DNA from: Vicugna vicugna
Taxonomy: Eukaryota
DNA: 64,000 nucleotides
Assembly (NCBI GenBank): GCA_013265495.1
Contig: MU060767.1
Coordinates: forward strand, 6,993,546 to 7,057,545
Direction: 5' to 3'
The notes beneath the pieces were generated by a model. The model saw only the letters and a program-made list of their open reading frames with translations. It made no database searches and had not been told where the DNA came from. Below, in pieces: positions 11,721 to 22,835 of this stretch (the stretch's first letter is position 1; the number at the start of each line of letters is the position of its first letter). A program made the position numbers and the translations under genes.

Positions 11721-12599
11721 ACAGCACATGAAAAAATGCTCAATATCACTTATTATCAGAGAAATACAAATGAAAACTACAGTAAGTATCACCTCACACC
11801 AGTCAGAATGGCCATCATTCAAAAGTCCACAAATGATAAATGATGGAGAAGATGTGGAGAAAAGGGAACCTTCCTACACTGTTGATGGGAATGTAGTTTG
11901 TTGCAGCCATTATGAGAAACACTATGGAGATTCCTCAAAAAACTAAAAACAGGCTTACCATCTGATCCAGCAATCCCACTCCTAGGCATATATCCAGAGG
12001 GAACTCTTAATNNNNNNNNNNNNNNNNNNNNNNNNNNNNNNNNNNNNNNNNNNNNNNNNNNNNNNNNNNNNNNNNNNNNNNNNNNNNNNNNNNNNNNNNN
12101 NNNNNNNNNNNNNNNNNNNNNNNNNNNNNNNNNNNNNNNNNNNNNNNNNNNNNNNNNNNNNNNNNNNNNNNNNNNNNNNNNCACGGATGGACCTAGAGAT
12201 CATCATTCTAAGTGAAGTAAGCGAGAAAGAGAAAGAAAAATACCATATGATATCACTCATGTGGAAGCTAAAAGAAAAAAGAGGACACTACTGAATTCAT
12301 CTACAAAACAGAAGCAGACTCACAGACATAGTAAATAATCTTATGGTTACTGGGGAAAGAGGGTAGGAAGGGATAAATTTGGGAGTTTGAGATTTGCAGA
12401 GATTAACCACTCTATATAAAAATAGATAAAAAACAAATTTCTGTGTAGCACAGAGAACTATATTCAATATCTTGTAATAACCTTTAATGAAAAAATATGA
12501 CAACGAATATATGTATGTATATGCATGACTAGGATACTGTGCTGTACACCAGAAATTGACACATTGTAACTGACTGTGTACTTCAATTAACAAAAAAAA
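11721..12599 (+). mobile_element. 5'-truncated cetartiodactyl-type L1 (ORF2 C-terminal region and 3' UTR), same family as the 9.2-kb copy
   Basis: cacatgaaaaaatgctcaatatcac...cacaccagtcagaatggccatc...ccagcaatcccactcctaggcatatatccag...gcacagagaactatattcaatatcttgtaataacc...cttcaattaacaaaaaaaa. Confidence 0.88.
12012..12181. other. Assembly gap (170 N) inside an L1 3' segment
   Basis: Run of N with collinear L1 sequence on both sides. Confidence 0.99.
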
Positions 12600-14206
12600 T
12601 GTTGTCTTCTGGAAGCATCAGCAGGCTATCTGAGATTAGAAATTTTCTCCTTACCTGGTCTCAGAACTACTATATTCATGTTTCTTATTTTGTCTGATAA
12701 TTGCAGGGATTTTTGAGAAATTGCAGCAATCTCATGCCTTCAGCCTGTAAATAACATTCCTTTCTGCTGCTCAGTAACCCAGGGAAGGACAAAGATGCTG
12801 CTCAGCCCCAGAATGATGGAGCAGCTAGGGGCAGGTTTTGCTTGAGGAAAAGGGCGTGTTCTCTGACTCAGGGGAGATAGGGGTGGGAAGATGATGGGAA
12901 AAGTGTCAAGGATGTGAATGCGTTTGCCTTTCTGAAACTGGAATCATCCTTAGTTTGGAGTTCTGTAGAATTAGGTTAGGACTACACTCTCTGATTTTGT
13001 GCCCATTCAAAACAAGTGTTTACCAGGCAGAGGGAATCAACAAGGCAGGCAGATGCTAGACCTAAAAGACTAGGCTTTTTCCAAACATTTGGGAGTTTGG
13101 CATCACCTTGAATACTAATTAAAAAGTTCTGCCTCCCAGGCACGAGAACTTGTTTCTCCTCTGCAGTTTTACTTTTCACTCTTTGATTGATCCACTGAAC
13201 CTCCTCTAATTCAGAATTAGGGAGTGTTTACCATCAATTTCTTAATAATTATAGCCATTCAAATGCTACTTCTTAATATTCTTTTCATGTCTTTGTAAAA
13301 TCTGTACTATTTATAACTGGTTTTCTTTAGATGAAGTTTTTTTACATATATACATTTCTTTTAACAAGGAAGCATTCACATTGTCCTGTGTCATATAAGT
13401 AGGAGGTAACCTAAAAATGAATGCAGTCCAAACAAAACAATGCTATTACATTCTGGCTAGAGAGTTGTAGCATAGTCTCTCAAAAGGGAAATTTGGAAGC
13501 AGAAAAAGTATGTTAAAAATTAGCAGTACACAGAGATGCCCTTGATGTGTTTGGGAATGGAAGAACTGGAAAAGGAATAATAATGTCAATTAAGGTAATG
13601 ACATTCAACAAACTCACCCACCAGAATTACCCATAAACCACAGTAAGTCAGCTTATGGGCCATTGCTGGTAAGAGTCCCAAACTTTGAGAAATGCTTCCT
13701 GGTCAGAGACTTACAAAATAAGACTGGCAATATGATTAAGCCAGAAGTATGTAGGCAGGGGAGGGGAGCAGGTAGCTAATAAGACATCACTTTGCTCTTT
13801 GGCTGAAAGTCATTTGAGTATTTTTATTACCAAAGTTCCTAGGACTTTACAGAATGTGCTATGACGTTTATCTTTGTAGTGTTTTACCCTTAATTCCTTT
13901 CCTTAAATGATTTTTAGTGTCTGATTTGGGCATCCTCACTGGGCTCTGTAGAATGAGACTCATTTTAGATGATGTGGTCCTTCTGTGGCTGTTGTGCTGC
14001 TAGAATTACCCATTAAGCACATTCCAGGTTTCAGCAATTGATCTGTCTGATTTTCTGACCAAATGGCTCAGGTAATTGGATATTGAATAGACACTGATTT
14101 TCTCTCTTTGAGGAACTATTCACACTGCCCTATAAAACAATCAGGTCTTTCTTTCCCATTATTCTTTCAAGGAATTGGTTGTCAATCTTCTCTTCTTTCT
14201 TGCCAG

Positions 14207-14460
14207 CCTGTAGATTTTGAAACCAAAAGAGCATACAGCCTGAAGGTCGAGGCAGCCAACGTGCACATCGACCCAAAGTTCATCAGCAACGGGCCTTTCA
14301 AGGACACCGTGACGGTCAAGATCGCAGTAGAAGATGCCGACGAGCCCCCCATGTTCTTGGCCCCAAGTTATATCCACGAAGTCCAAGAAAATGCAGCCGC
14401 TGGCACTGTTGTGGGGAGAGTGCACGCCAAAGACCCTGATGCTGCCAACAGCCCAATAAG
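14207..14460 (+). CDS. CDH11: Cadherin-11 coding exon 8: PVDFETKRAYSLKVEAANVHIDPKF...EDADEPPMF...AKDPDAANSPI(R)
   Basis: Acceptor ttctttcttgccag|CCTGTA, donor ATAAG|gtacag. 254 nt, phase 0 to 2. Lies within ORF 14108..14503. Confidence 0.97.
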
Positions 14461-16004
14461 GTACAGAGAGGTTTATTTTAAAACCCTGGATGAGGAATTT
14501 TAGAGGCAGGAGGTTTCAGGAAAGCCCTACAGGAACCATATTCTTCGGTCTCAGAAAGGGTCCACGATGACCAGGTTCAATGCACTGTAAACAGGATGGA
14601 GACTTAGAAGACATGAGTTCTGCTCCATCTCAATACCAACTTTGACGATAAGCTTGTCCAAGTGCCATAATTTCTCTCTGGGCAGACTTCCTGGTGTGTA
14701 CTCAGTGATGTAACCCTTAGCTTGGCCTGTCTGTGTCACAGAATGGTGGTGAGCAGTAAATAGTGGCTGTGAAGTAATTGTAGCAGTGATAATTTACTGA
14801 ACCACCTTCCTCTGATCCAGTTACTCTACCAGGGATGTTAGGTATATAATCCAATTTATCCCCTCAAGATTACTTTCTAGGAATTATAATTCTTTACATT
14901 GAGAGGAAGTTGGGGCTCCACAGGGCAAGGTGTGGACTTAACCAAAGAGACACCGGACAGTGAACAGGAAGCTCAGAGCGCAAGCTCTGTCTCTTAACTG
15001 CTGCTGAGCTCTATGAAGAGATAACAAAGTGCCCCTCAAATTTCAGGTGCTTTTCTTATTAGAAATGTATTTTTGTGACTTAGAAAAGTAAGCTGGAAGA
15101 GCAATTCAGAACCTTCCTCCCCTTCTCCCCAGCCTGAGCTAATGACCACTGAGTCTGATGATGAAGATGGGCAAGTGATGAGAAAGAGGCTGAGGAGGAG
15201 GATTGAGTCATAGATTCAAGGCATGTCTATACAGGGCAGAACAGAGTTGCCGGAAACCTGCCCTGAACTCGATTCTAGCAGGTGTTTATTTTTCCGTAGC
15301 CTCTCCCCTAATTCCTCTCTTGCCTGGATTCCTCCCTCTGCCCCCTCGTGGTCTCCCTGCCCCCAGTCTCCCAGCTACCTGTCCACCATCCTGTGGCCAG
15401 ACTGATCGCTTTAAAATGCACCTCCAAACATCCCATCATACTTCCAGTTAAACTGCAACAAGAAAAAAATTAGTGATCAAATTGCTTCCCATTGTCCTCT
15501 ACCCCAAAATGATCTCAGCTTTCTTCCTCAGCTTAAGGTTCTTCTTCAAGCACCCCCACCAATTCCTGCTGTGCCCCCGTTCCCCCCACCCCCATCTCCC
15601 CTGCTTTCTGTCTCACTCTCCCTTCTCATCAGACTCTCAGTTGCAGCTAGACGGGGTTACTTCGTCCTCAGGTCGAACTTGCTGTCTCATTCCCAACCTT
15701 TCTGTGTTCTTCCTCTCTCCCTCCTCCTTTCCAGCTTGCTGTATGGTGCGCATTTTTCCCATCCCTGTGGAGGTGTCACCTCCTCTAGGAAACTTTGGGG
15801 CCCCTAAGGTGGATCAGATGCAGCTTCCACCTCACAGCCGTCAGCAGGCCACATCACAGTGACACCTTACACTGTGTGCTGCCCTTTGTTCTCTCACAGA
15901 GGGCCGGGGACCTGTCTGCTAGGTCACTGCGGCCCACAGAACAAATCCAGCCACCGCCTGCATTTTGAGGAAGCTCTGTACTGCCTCCTGTAACAGCTGT
16001 ATCT

Positions 16005-16445
16005 TGGACAGATACCTGCAGTCCTGTGTTCACTGCAGCACTATTCACAGTAGCCAGGGTGTGGAAACAATCAAGTGTCTGTTGACAGATGCATGGATAA
16101 AGAAATCGTGATGTATACATACATGTAATGGAATATCATTTAGCCTCAAAAAAGAAGGAAGTCCTGCCATTGGCGATAACATAGATGAATTTGTAGGACA
16201 CAGTGCTAAATGAAATAAGCTAGACTCCGAAAGACAAAGACAGCATGTCACTCATACATGGAATCTAAAAAAGTCAAACTGATAGAAACAGAGTAGGACA
16301 GTGGTTGCCAGGGGCTAGGGAGTGGGGAAAACGAGGAGATACCGGTCAGTTAGCATCGTGACTATAGTTAATAATAAAGTACTGTAGCCTTGAAGTTTGC
16401 TAACAAGAGTGGATCTGAAATGCACGCACACACACACACACAATG
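16005..16445 (+). mobile_element. L1MA/L1MB-type 3' fragment ending in a (CA)n tract
   Basis: gtgttcactgcagcactattcacagtagcc...ggataaagaaatcgtg...aatggaatatcatttagcc...aagtcaaactgatagaaacagagtagg...ggttgccaggggctaggg. Confidence 0.78.
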
Positions 16446-18189
16446 CCTCCATGCACAGAAGAGCTTCCATTGAAAATACGACCCAAATAACCAATCACAG
16501 ATGTGGATCCTTGGAGATAATGAGGTGCCACGGACGTGAGCGGTTGTTCTCTGTGTTTCTACACCGTCACTCTTCTCAACAGCTGCTGATCGGGCTCCAT
16601 AACGAGGCTAACTCATTTAAAATTCACACCATGAACATTTCTGAACAGTTTAGTGTTACCAAGCTCCTCAGTCATTACATACTGTTACCTTCTTGCACAG
16701 AGAGTGTGCTACCCGAACTTTTCTGGGAAATCCTTCCATCAGTGGCTGCTTGACTAGAGTAAAACACACATATTGGACCCAAAGAAGATCTGGACTAAAA
16801 CCCAGCCCCCAGTACTGACTGGTCATGTGACTCTGGGGAACTGACGTCATCCCTTCCAGCCTCAGTATATCCGTCTATTGGATCCTAAAGCAATCACAGC
16901 TTCAAGGGTGTCTGAGGATTAACTTAAATAACAGTGCAGCAAGTTGTCTATAATTATCCAAAGGTGCTCATTGCCGCCCTTGAACCCACTCCCCTCGCCC
17001 ACTCAGGTCCCTGCTCTTAGAACTGCCAAAAAAAGTTACAGAAGAACATTCAAAACCTTTTATCCAGTGGGCTTTCTAGCCAGACTACCTACCTCCCTGA
17101 GTGCTTATCTTCACCTGTAAGGGCGTATGAGTAGGGCCTTATCATGTTGCCCGAGCTTGTGGCTGTTGGGGAACTTCTGCAGCTCTCTCTTCTCAGTCTC
17201 TAGCAGTAGACACACTTCAGTTCACCATCGCCTTCCAGAAGCATTCTTTCCTCCTAGCTTCCTTGGCAGCAACCTCTTCACGCCTCAGATATACCTGGTG
17301 TCTTCACTAGTCTCTGATTCCAGTCCAGGCACTGGGGGCTCCCTGAGACTCAGCCTTTTGACTTTGGACTGTCTGTCTCTCAGTGTCCACTTATCTACAG
17401 AGTTTCCTTCCAGGCTACCAATTGAATTGAGTTATTGCTCCAGATTTTCTGCTTCTAGGCTGATCTCCATCCCTGATTCTAATTCTGTATTTATTCTGCT
17501 GTCTGTTGTTTATTTTTACCCACTTGCTTTTTTCTTCACTGGCTCATTCATTAAAAACGTATTTTTGAGCCCATATTTCTTGTGATGTATTTAAAAAAAA
17601 AAAGACTCTCTCTACCCCCAACTCTGTGAAACCTCAGATGATGCTGAATCTTTGCTCTCCTTGAGTGCAGCACATCCCTAGTGAAACCTGCATCCTCTCC
17701 TTTCTGCTAAGGTGACCTAGTTTTTGGACCTCCGAGTGTCTCCCTCTCTGTGACTCTCAGGATAGAAACTCTCTAGGACTCTCCCAGCCAACCGCAGAAA
17801 TCCGAATCTCATCTGAGTCCCACTGGTTCTCTCTTCATCACACAGTCGTCCTTTCCCTCTATCACCCTTGTACCACACCCCCTGCCACACCCCCTCATCA
17901 CCTCACTCCTGAGAAACCACGTCAGATGCTTAAGTTTTCTCTGCCTCTTCCTCTCCTCTCTCTAGCTCAGAACATCTTGCCCACCCTGTCTTATTCATCA
18001 TCTTGATCGTCTGATTCAGTTTATTTGTTCCCCCAATCAAAAGCCTTTCATGGTTTTCCCTGGCTGTAGGATGAAAGCCATACTCTGTAGACTGACATTT
18101 GAGAGCATCCATGATGTGTCCGCAGTGTGAAACAGTAGCAACCACAACAGCGATCACAGCGCTGCATCTGTTGTTCTGTTTACGGTGTG

Positions 18190-18400
18190 TGTGAGGCACT
18201 GTGCTACACATCTTAAACGTCTGTTAGTTCATGTATTTCTTGCTGATAGCCTAAAAGTTAGGCACTATCAATATTCCAGTTTAAAAAGTAAGTAAGGTGA
18301 GATTCAAAGAACTTAAGTGGCTTTTCCTGTATCGCTCAGCATATAGGTTAGTGGAGCATGACCTTGTATCTAGGACTTTACAAAACCAAAATCCATGCCC
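18190..18400 (-). mobile_element. MIR
   Basis: gcactgtgctacacatctt...ttccagtttaaaaag...gagattcaaagaacttaagtggcttttcc. Confidence 0.55.
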
Positions 18401-18880
18401 TTCACTTCTATAGAATGATGCTTTGTAATTATCTTTCTTCCCATGAATGTGTCCTGTCATGTCAGCTAGACAGTAAACTCCTTCTTTTTACATAGAGCTC
18501 TGCTGAGGGCTCAGTTACTGAGCATCTGCTGACGTCGGTGAGGTGTGTGATGGTTTATCTCCTATTTCCTCACCAGGCAGGGGACTCAGCATTCCCTTCC
18601 CACAGGGAGCTGTGAAGTCAGCTGTATCATGGATGAGCTCATGTTTTCTATACTATGAAGTGCTGCTCCATGTTTGTTCCCTCTTTCTTGGAAAGAACAT
18701 GATCTAGAATTGGAAGATCTGGGTTCTAATATTGGCTCCCCCAGAAACCAGATAATAGACCATTTGCAAATCCCATTATTTGTAAATTGAAGAGATTAAA
18801 CTCTGTGACTTCCATGGTCTTTGCTACCTCTAATATTCTTTGGTTTTATGGTCCTCAGTGAATGTCCTCAACTGTATGTA

Positions 18881-19197
18881 CAACTGGCCCTCTGTATCCA
18901 CGGGTTTCTCATTGATGGGTTCAAACAACCGTAGGTCCAAACTACTTGGGGAAAAAAAAATCTAGAAATTTCCAAAAAGCAAAACTTGAATTTGCTACAC
19001 ACCAGCAACTATTTACAATGTATTTACATTGTATTAAATATTATAGTAATCTAGAGATGATTTGAAGTGTACAGGTGGATATGTGTAGGTTATATGCAAA
19101 TGTTATGCAATTTTATATAAGAGACTCGAGCATCCGTGGGTTTTGGTATCCGCAGGGGGCCTGGAACCAGTCCCCCATTGATGCCAAGGGACAGCTG
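18881..19197 (-). mobile_element. MER2/Tigger-derived non-autonomous TcMar element, near full length
   Basis: Imperfect TIRs caactggccctctgtatcc / gatgccaagggacagctg, TA on the left flank. Internal gtaatctagagatgatttgaagtgtacagg...gttatatgcaaat matches MER2 antisense. Confidence 0.8.
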
Positions 19198-19284
19198 TCA
19201 ACACTTACTAAACAAAGCCAGGTCTCCAGTACTTTACACTGGGCAGGTTATTTCACCTTATTGCACCTCAACAAAGACCATTCC

Positions 19285-19420
19285 TAAATAAATACCTTGT
19301 AATAGCTTGTAATGAAAAAGAATATGAGAAGGAATATATTTATATATGTATGACTGAATCACATTGTTGTGCACTAGAAATTAACACATTATAAACCGAC
19401 CGTACTTCAATTAAAAAAAA
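19285..19420 (+). mobile_element. Very short L1 3'-end insertion (about 136 bp) with a perfect 12-bp TSD
   Basis: Same 3' UTR terminus as the 9.9-kb and 12.5-kb copies, with poly-A. TSD aaagaccattcc at 19273-19284 and 19421-19432. Confidence 0.88.
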
Positions 19421-20197
19421 AAAGACCATTCCCCTTGACCCGTCTTCCACCTCACCTTGCCCCATAATATTCTGGAAATTCTTTTGCCTTTTGTTAGAAA
19501 CAAGCAAATTTTCTAGTGGACAGGAGTAGCTGAAAGCTTCTAGCTATGCTGTTAGACTCAGCCTGGGGTCATTAAAGTGTGGGGAGAATGCTCTACAAAT
19601 GAATGGCCAAGGCTGCTTTGCATATTTCATCATGGAATTCAGAACCAAGCCACCTGAGAACCCCTAAAATCAAACAAATTGAATAAATTCACTCAAAATG
19701 TAATTAGCATTTTCCTTTAAGTAAGTAGAAACCTGATTTTTTTAGAAGCACAAATGATCCTTGATGATAAATTTAGGTGAACTTGAAACTATTTAATATT
19801 TCATATGCAAAAATCTGGCAAAGATTCCACACATTTGTGACTTTCTTAGTAATTTGGGAGCAAGGCAAACCCACTTCCCAAATGCAGGTTCATAAATATT
19901 CAGATGGTGGGTGATTGTAGTAAATATGGAGAAATATTCAACATGTTATAACGTTTCTCAATCAAATATGCTAAATAGCTCTTTCATTCATTGTCCTGAA
20001 TAAAGAATTCCAATGTGGCAAAATGATTTCTATAAAAGATTCATGTATGAAGTTTGAAAAGTAAATTTGATTAAAAAGAAAACCTAGCTCAAGCAATTCA
20101 TTGAAAAAGTTGCTTTAAATATAGCATGGAGAAAATATTCAAATACTAAGCTGCTTGGAATGTCTCGGTCTAATTGCCTCATTTGCATTCTGCTTAG

Positions 20198-20334
20198 GTA
20201 TTCAATCGATCGTCATACTGACCTGGACAGGTTTTTCACGATTAATCCAGAGGATGGTTTTATTAAAACTACGAAACCTTTGGATAGAGAAGAAACTGCC
20301 TGGCTCAACATATCCGTTTTTGCAGCAGAAATCC
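20198..20334 (+). CDS. CDH11: Cadherin-11 coding exon 9: (R)YSIDRHTDLDRFFTINPEDGFIKTTKPLDREETAWLNISVFAAEI(H)
   Basis: Acceptor ttctgcttag|GTATTCA, donor ATCC|gtaagt. 137 nt, phase 2 to 1. Contains the LDRE motif. Confidence 0.97.
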
Positions 20335-20679
20335 GTAAGTATTCTCCTAAGGGTTTTGATTCTACTTCGCCAAATATTATTCCTTCAGACTCTCATATAT
20401 ATATTCTGGAAAATGACAGCTGAGATGGAACACTATTTTTTTTTAGTCTTAAACATATTTTTCAATCGTTAAAACTTATTTTTGGTCATCCTTCTAGGAA
20501 GACATATAAACACATCGAGATGTTTTCATTTTCTTTGGCAGAACTGGGTACAGACTTGGCACATGGGCTGATAGCCCTCAGCAGCTTGAAACGCTTAACG
20601 ATCGTGAAAGATTCTCCACTTTATCCTGTCACTCAGTTTTGTTTAAGCCCAGGGCAGCAGAATCCCTAAAGCCAAGATT

Positions 20680-20863
20680 TGTAGGTTCTCAAACTTGGTC
20701 ATGCAGGGGATTATCATAAGGGCTTGTAACAGAGATTTCTGGATCCCACCCTCAGAGCCTCTAACTCAGTAGGTCTGGGGTAAGGGTCTGAGAATTTTCC
20801 TTTCCAACAAATTCCCAACTTGTGTGATGTTGCTCTGGGGAGACTCCACTTTAAGAACTGCTG
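20680..20863. mobile_element. MER5A-type hAT-Charlie element in intron 9
   Basis: ggttctcaaacttgg...cccaccctcagagcctctaactcagtaggtctgggg...ccactttaagaactgctg. Confidence 0.75.
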
Positions 20864-21157
20864 TAATGGACTATACTCTGGGGGAACCAGGCTCCATTAT
20901 AAGCATTTAGAATTAATCCTCTGCAGAAATGGAAACATGCTGTATTTCTTACTGGTCTAATGTCAGCCTTTATTCTAGGACATCCTCCTCGCACTGGACT
21001 TAGCATACTTCAGGTTTTGGATGATTTTTATGCCAACAATGCCTTTCCCTGCACTGCCCATATGAATGGCTGGAGCTCACTCTTGCCCAGGAATAACCTT
21101 GGACCAACATGGATTCATCCCTTGCACATATTTACTGTCTGAATTCTCTCCTTTTAG

Positions 21158-21291
21158 ACAATCGGCATCAGGAAGCCAAAGTCCCTGTGGCCATTAGGGT
21201 CCTTGATGTCAATGACAATGCTCCCAAGTTTGCCGCCCCTTATGAAGGCTTCATCTGTGAGAGTGACCAGACCAAGCCACTTTCTAACCAG
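21158..21291 (+). CDS. CDH11: Cadherin-11 coding exon 10: (H)NRHQEAKVPVAIRVLDVNDNAPKFAAPYEGFICESDQTKPLSNQ
   Basis: Acceptor tctctccttttag|ACAATC, donor AACCAG|gtaatg. 134 nt, phase 1 to 0. Contains the DVNDNAP linker motif. Confidence 0.97.
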
Positions 21292-21525
21292 GTAATGCTA
21301 CTTTCCCCTGCCCTGGCTGTGAGCAAGGCATTTGGAAACAGAGTTTGGGTTTGAGAACATCACTTGGACCTACCTCCCACTGCTCAAGAAGGCATCAGAG
21401 CCCAGGTTTAGCTCTGGAGCTATGTTCTCTAATTAAAACCAGAATTCTTAGCCAGCCAGGAATTTTTGAATAAATGATATGCCAATGTCAGCATGATTTA
21501 TTTATGGGCCACCTTTCTCTTTCAG

Positions 21526-21643
21526 CCAATTGTTACAATTAGTGCAGATGACAAGGATGACACAGCCAATGGACCAAGATTTATCTTCAGTCTACCCCCT
21601 GAAATCATTCACAATCCAAATTTCACAGTCAGAGACAACAGAG
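21526..21643 (+). CDS. CDH11: Cadherin-11 coding exon 11, EC5: PIVTISADDKDDTANGPRFIFSLPPEIIHNPNFTVRDNR(D)
   Basis: Acceptor ctttctctttcag|CCAATT, donor AGAG|gttcgt (non-consensus at +3/+4). 118 nt, phase 0 to 1. Confidence 0.96.
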
Positions 21644-22246
21644 GTTCGTACCAAGGTTCCTGTGCATTCAGAGAAGTAGAAGTGGAAAATAAATGGCTTT
21701 TATATTGCAGAGCACAAGTATTTCCCCTAATCTTAATAATGCCTTTCGGTTGAAGAACAAACAAGAAATAATAATGCCACCTTTATATTGAGACGTGGGC
21801 TCATTTGGTGCATGTGAATGAGTGAGTCTAATTTTATTTTACTTTTTTTTTTTGTTGGCTTTGATATTCATGAAGCAGTGGGAAAACCAAGTGGGGAAGC
21901 TTATGGGGTCAATATGCAAACACTTCATTTATCTTTTTTTTAAGAGGTTGATAAACGCTTAGGGGGAAGCATGGCTTTATGAATACTGCTATCAAGTAAA
22001 GCTTTAAAAGAGATTAGTTCAACTTTGAAAGGAATGTAATCTTTCAGCTGGCCTTCCCTTCCCAGCAGTTTAAGTGCAGTGTGGTTGGGTTTAGCTTGAT
22101 ACCTAAAATTAGTTGTAGGATTATTGCCTGAAGGGTGTGAGTAAAGCATTGTTTCACCACTGCAAATGTGGCAAAATTTAATGTGATTTCTACTTGTTAT
22201 TTCATTAGTCAAGGAGGCTCTAGATTTGCAAATTATTCAAAGTAGC

Positions 22247-22292
22247 TGTTGTTGGTGTTGTTGTTTTGGTGGTGGTGTTGTTTTGGTGGTGT
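22247..22292. repeat. Imperfect (TTG/GTG)n microsatellite
   Basis: tgttgttggtgttgttgttttggtggtggtgttgttttggtggtgt. Confidence 0.85.
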
Positions 22293-22679
22293 ACAGGCCA
22301 AAATTGATGCAGTCCCTTGACAAAGTGTTGGTAACAGAGCCAGGATCAAAAAATAAGTTTCTGGACTCCTGGTCAGACTATTTTGGTCTACATCTGTTCC
22401 TATAAACCTGTGACAATGCAGGTCTGTAAAAACAGGAAGACAGATGCCATGATTTGACATGGGAATAAAAGGTGGTCCTTCTGAACATATGTTTTCCTTA
22501 GACACATGCTAGCTATGTATGAGGTTATGGATTACATTGCTTTCTTGGTGACTGAGGTCAGGCTTATAGGAACTTAAATGAATCTTGTAAAGTAATATTA
22601 CTTTTCCATTCATCAGTATCAGTGTTATCTGGGTCATAAATACTGGTAACTGTGTTCCAAACAGCATGCCAAGGTCCTT

Positions 22680-22835
22680 TCCATACACTATCCATTTAAT
22701 TCTCTCAGTGGCATCATAGGGAGGTGTTATTATCATCATTCCCAATTTGAAGATGAGGAAGATGAGGCACAGACCATTAAGTAACTTATTCAAAGTCAAT
22801 TGGCCACATAGGAGTGAGACCTAGGCAGAGGTCAC
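22680..22835 (-). mobile_element. MIR
   Basis: catttaattctctcagtggcatcatagg...cccaatttgaagatgaggaagatgaggcacagaccattaagtaacttattcaaagtc. Confidence 0.65.

Noticed and set aside
11705-12606. Possible TSD aaaatgtt around the 11.7-kb L1
   Set aside because: Only 8 bp, and the left copy is separated from the L1 start by unexplained bases. Not secure.
6136-20334. Amino-acid differences from human CDH11 as I recall it (ELFEI vs ESFEI, GVVK vs GVIK, KIAVE vs KISVE, NISV vs NITV)
   Set aside because: They are conservative, and I recall most of them in other mammals or as human polymorphism. The N-glycosylation sequon is kept. There is no basis for calling them lineage-specific adaptation without an alignment.
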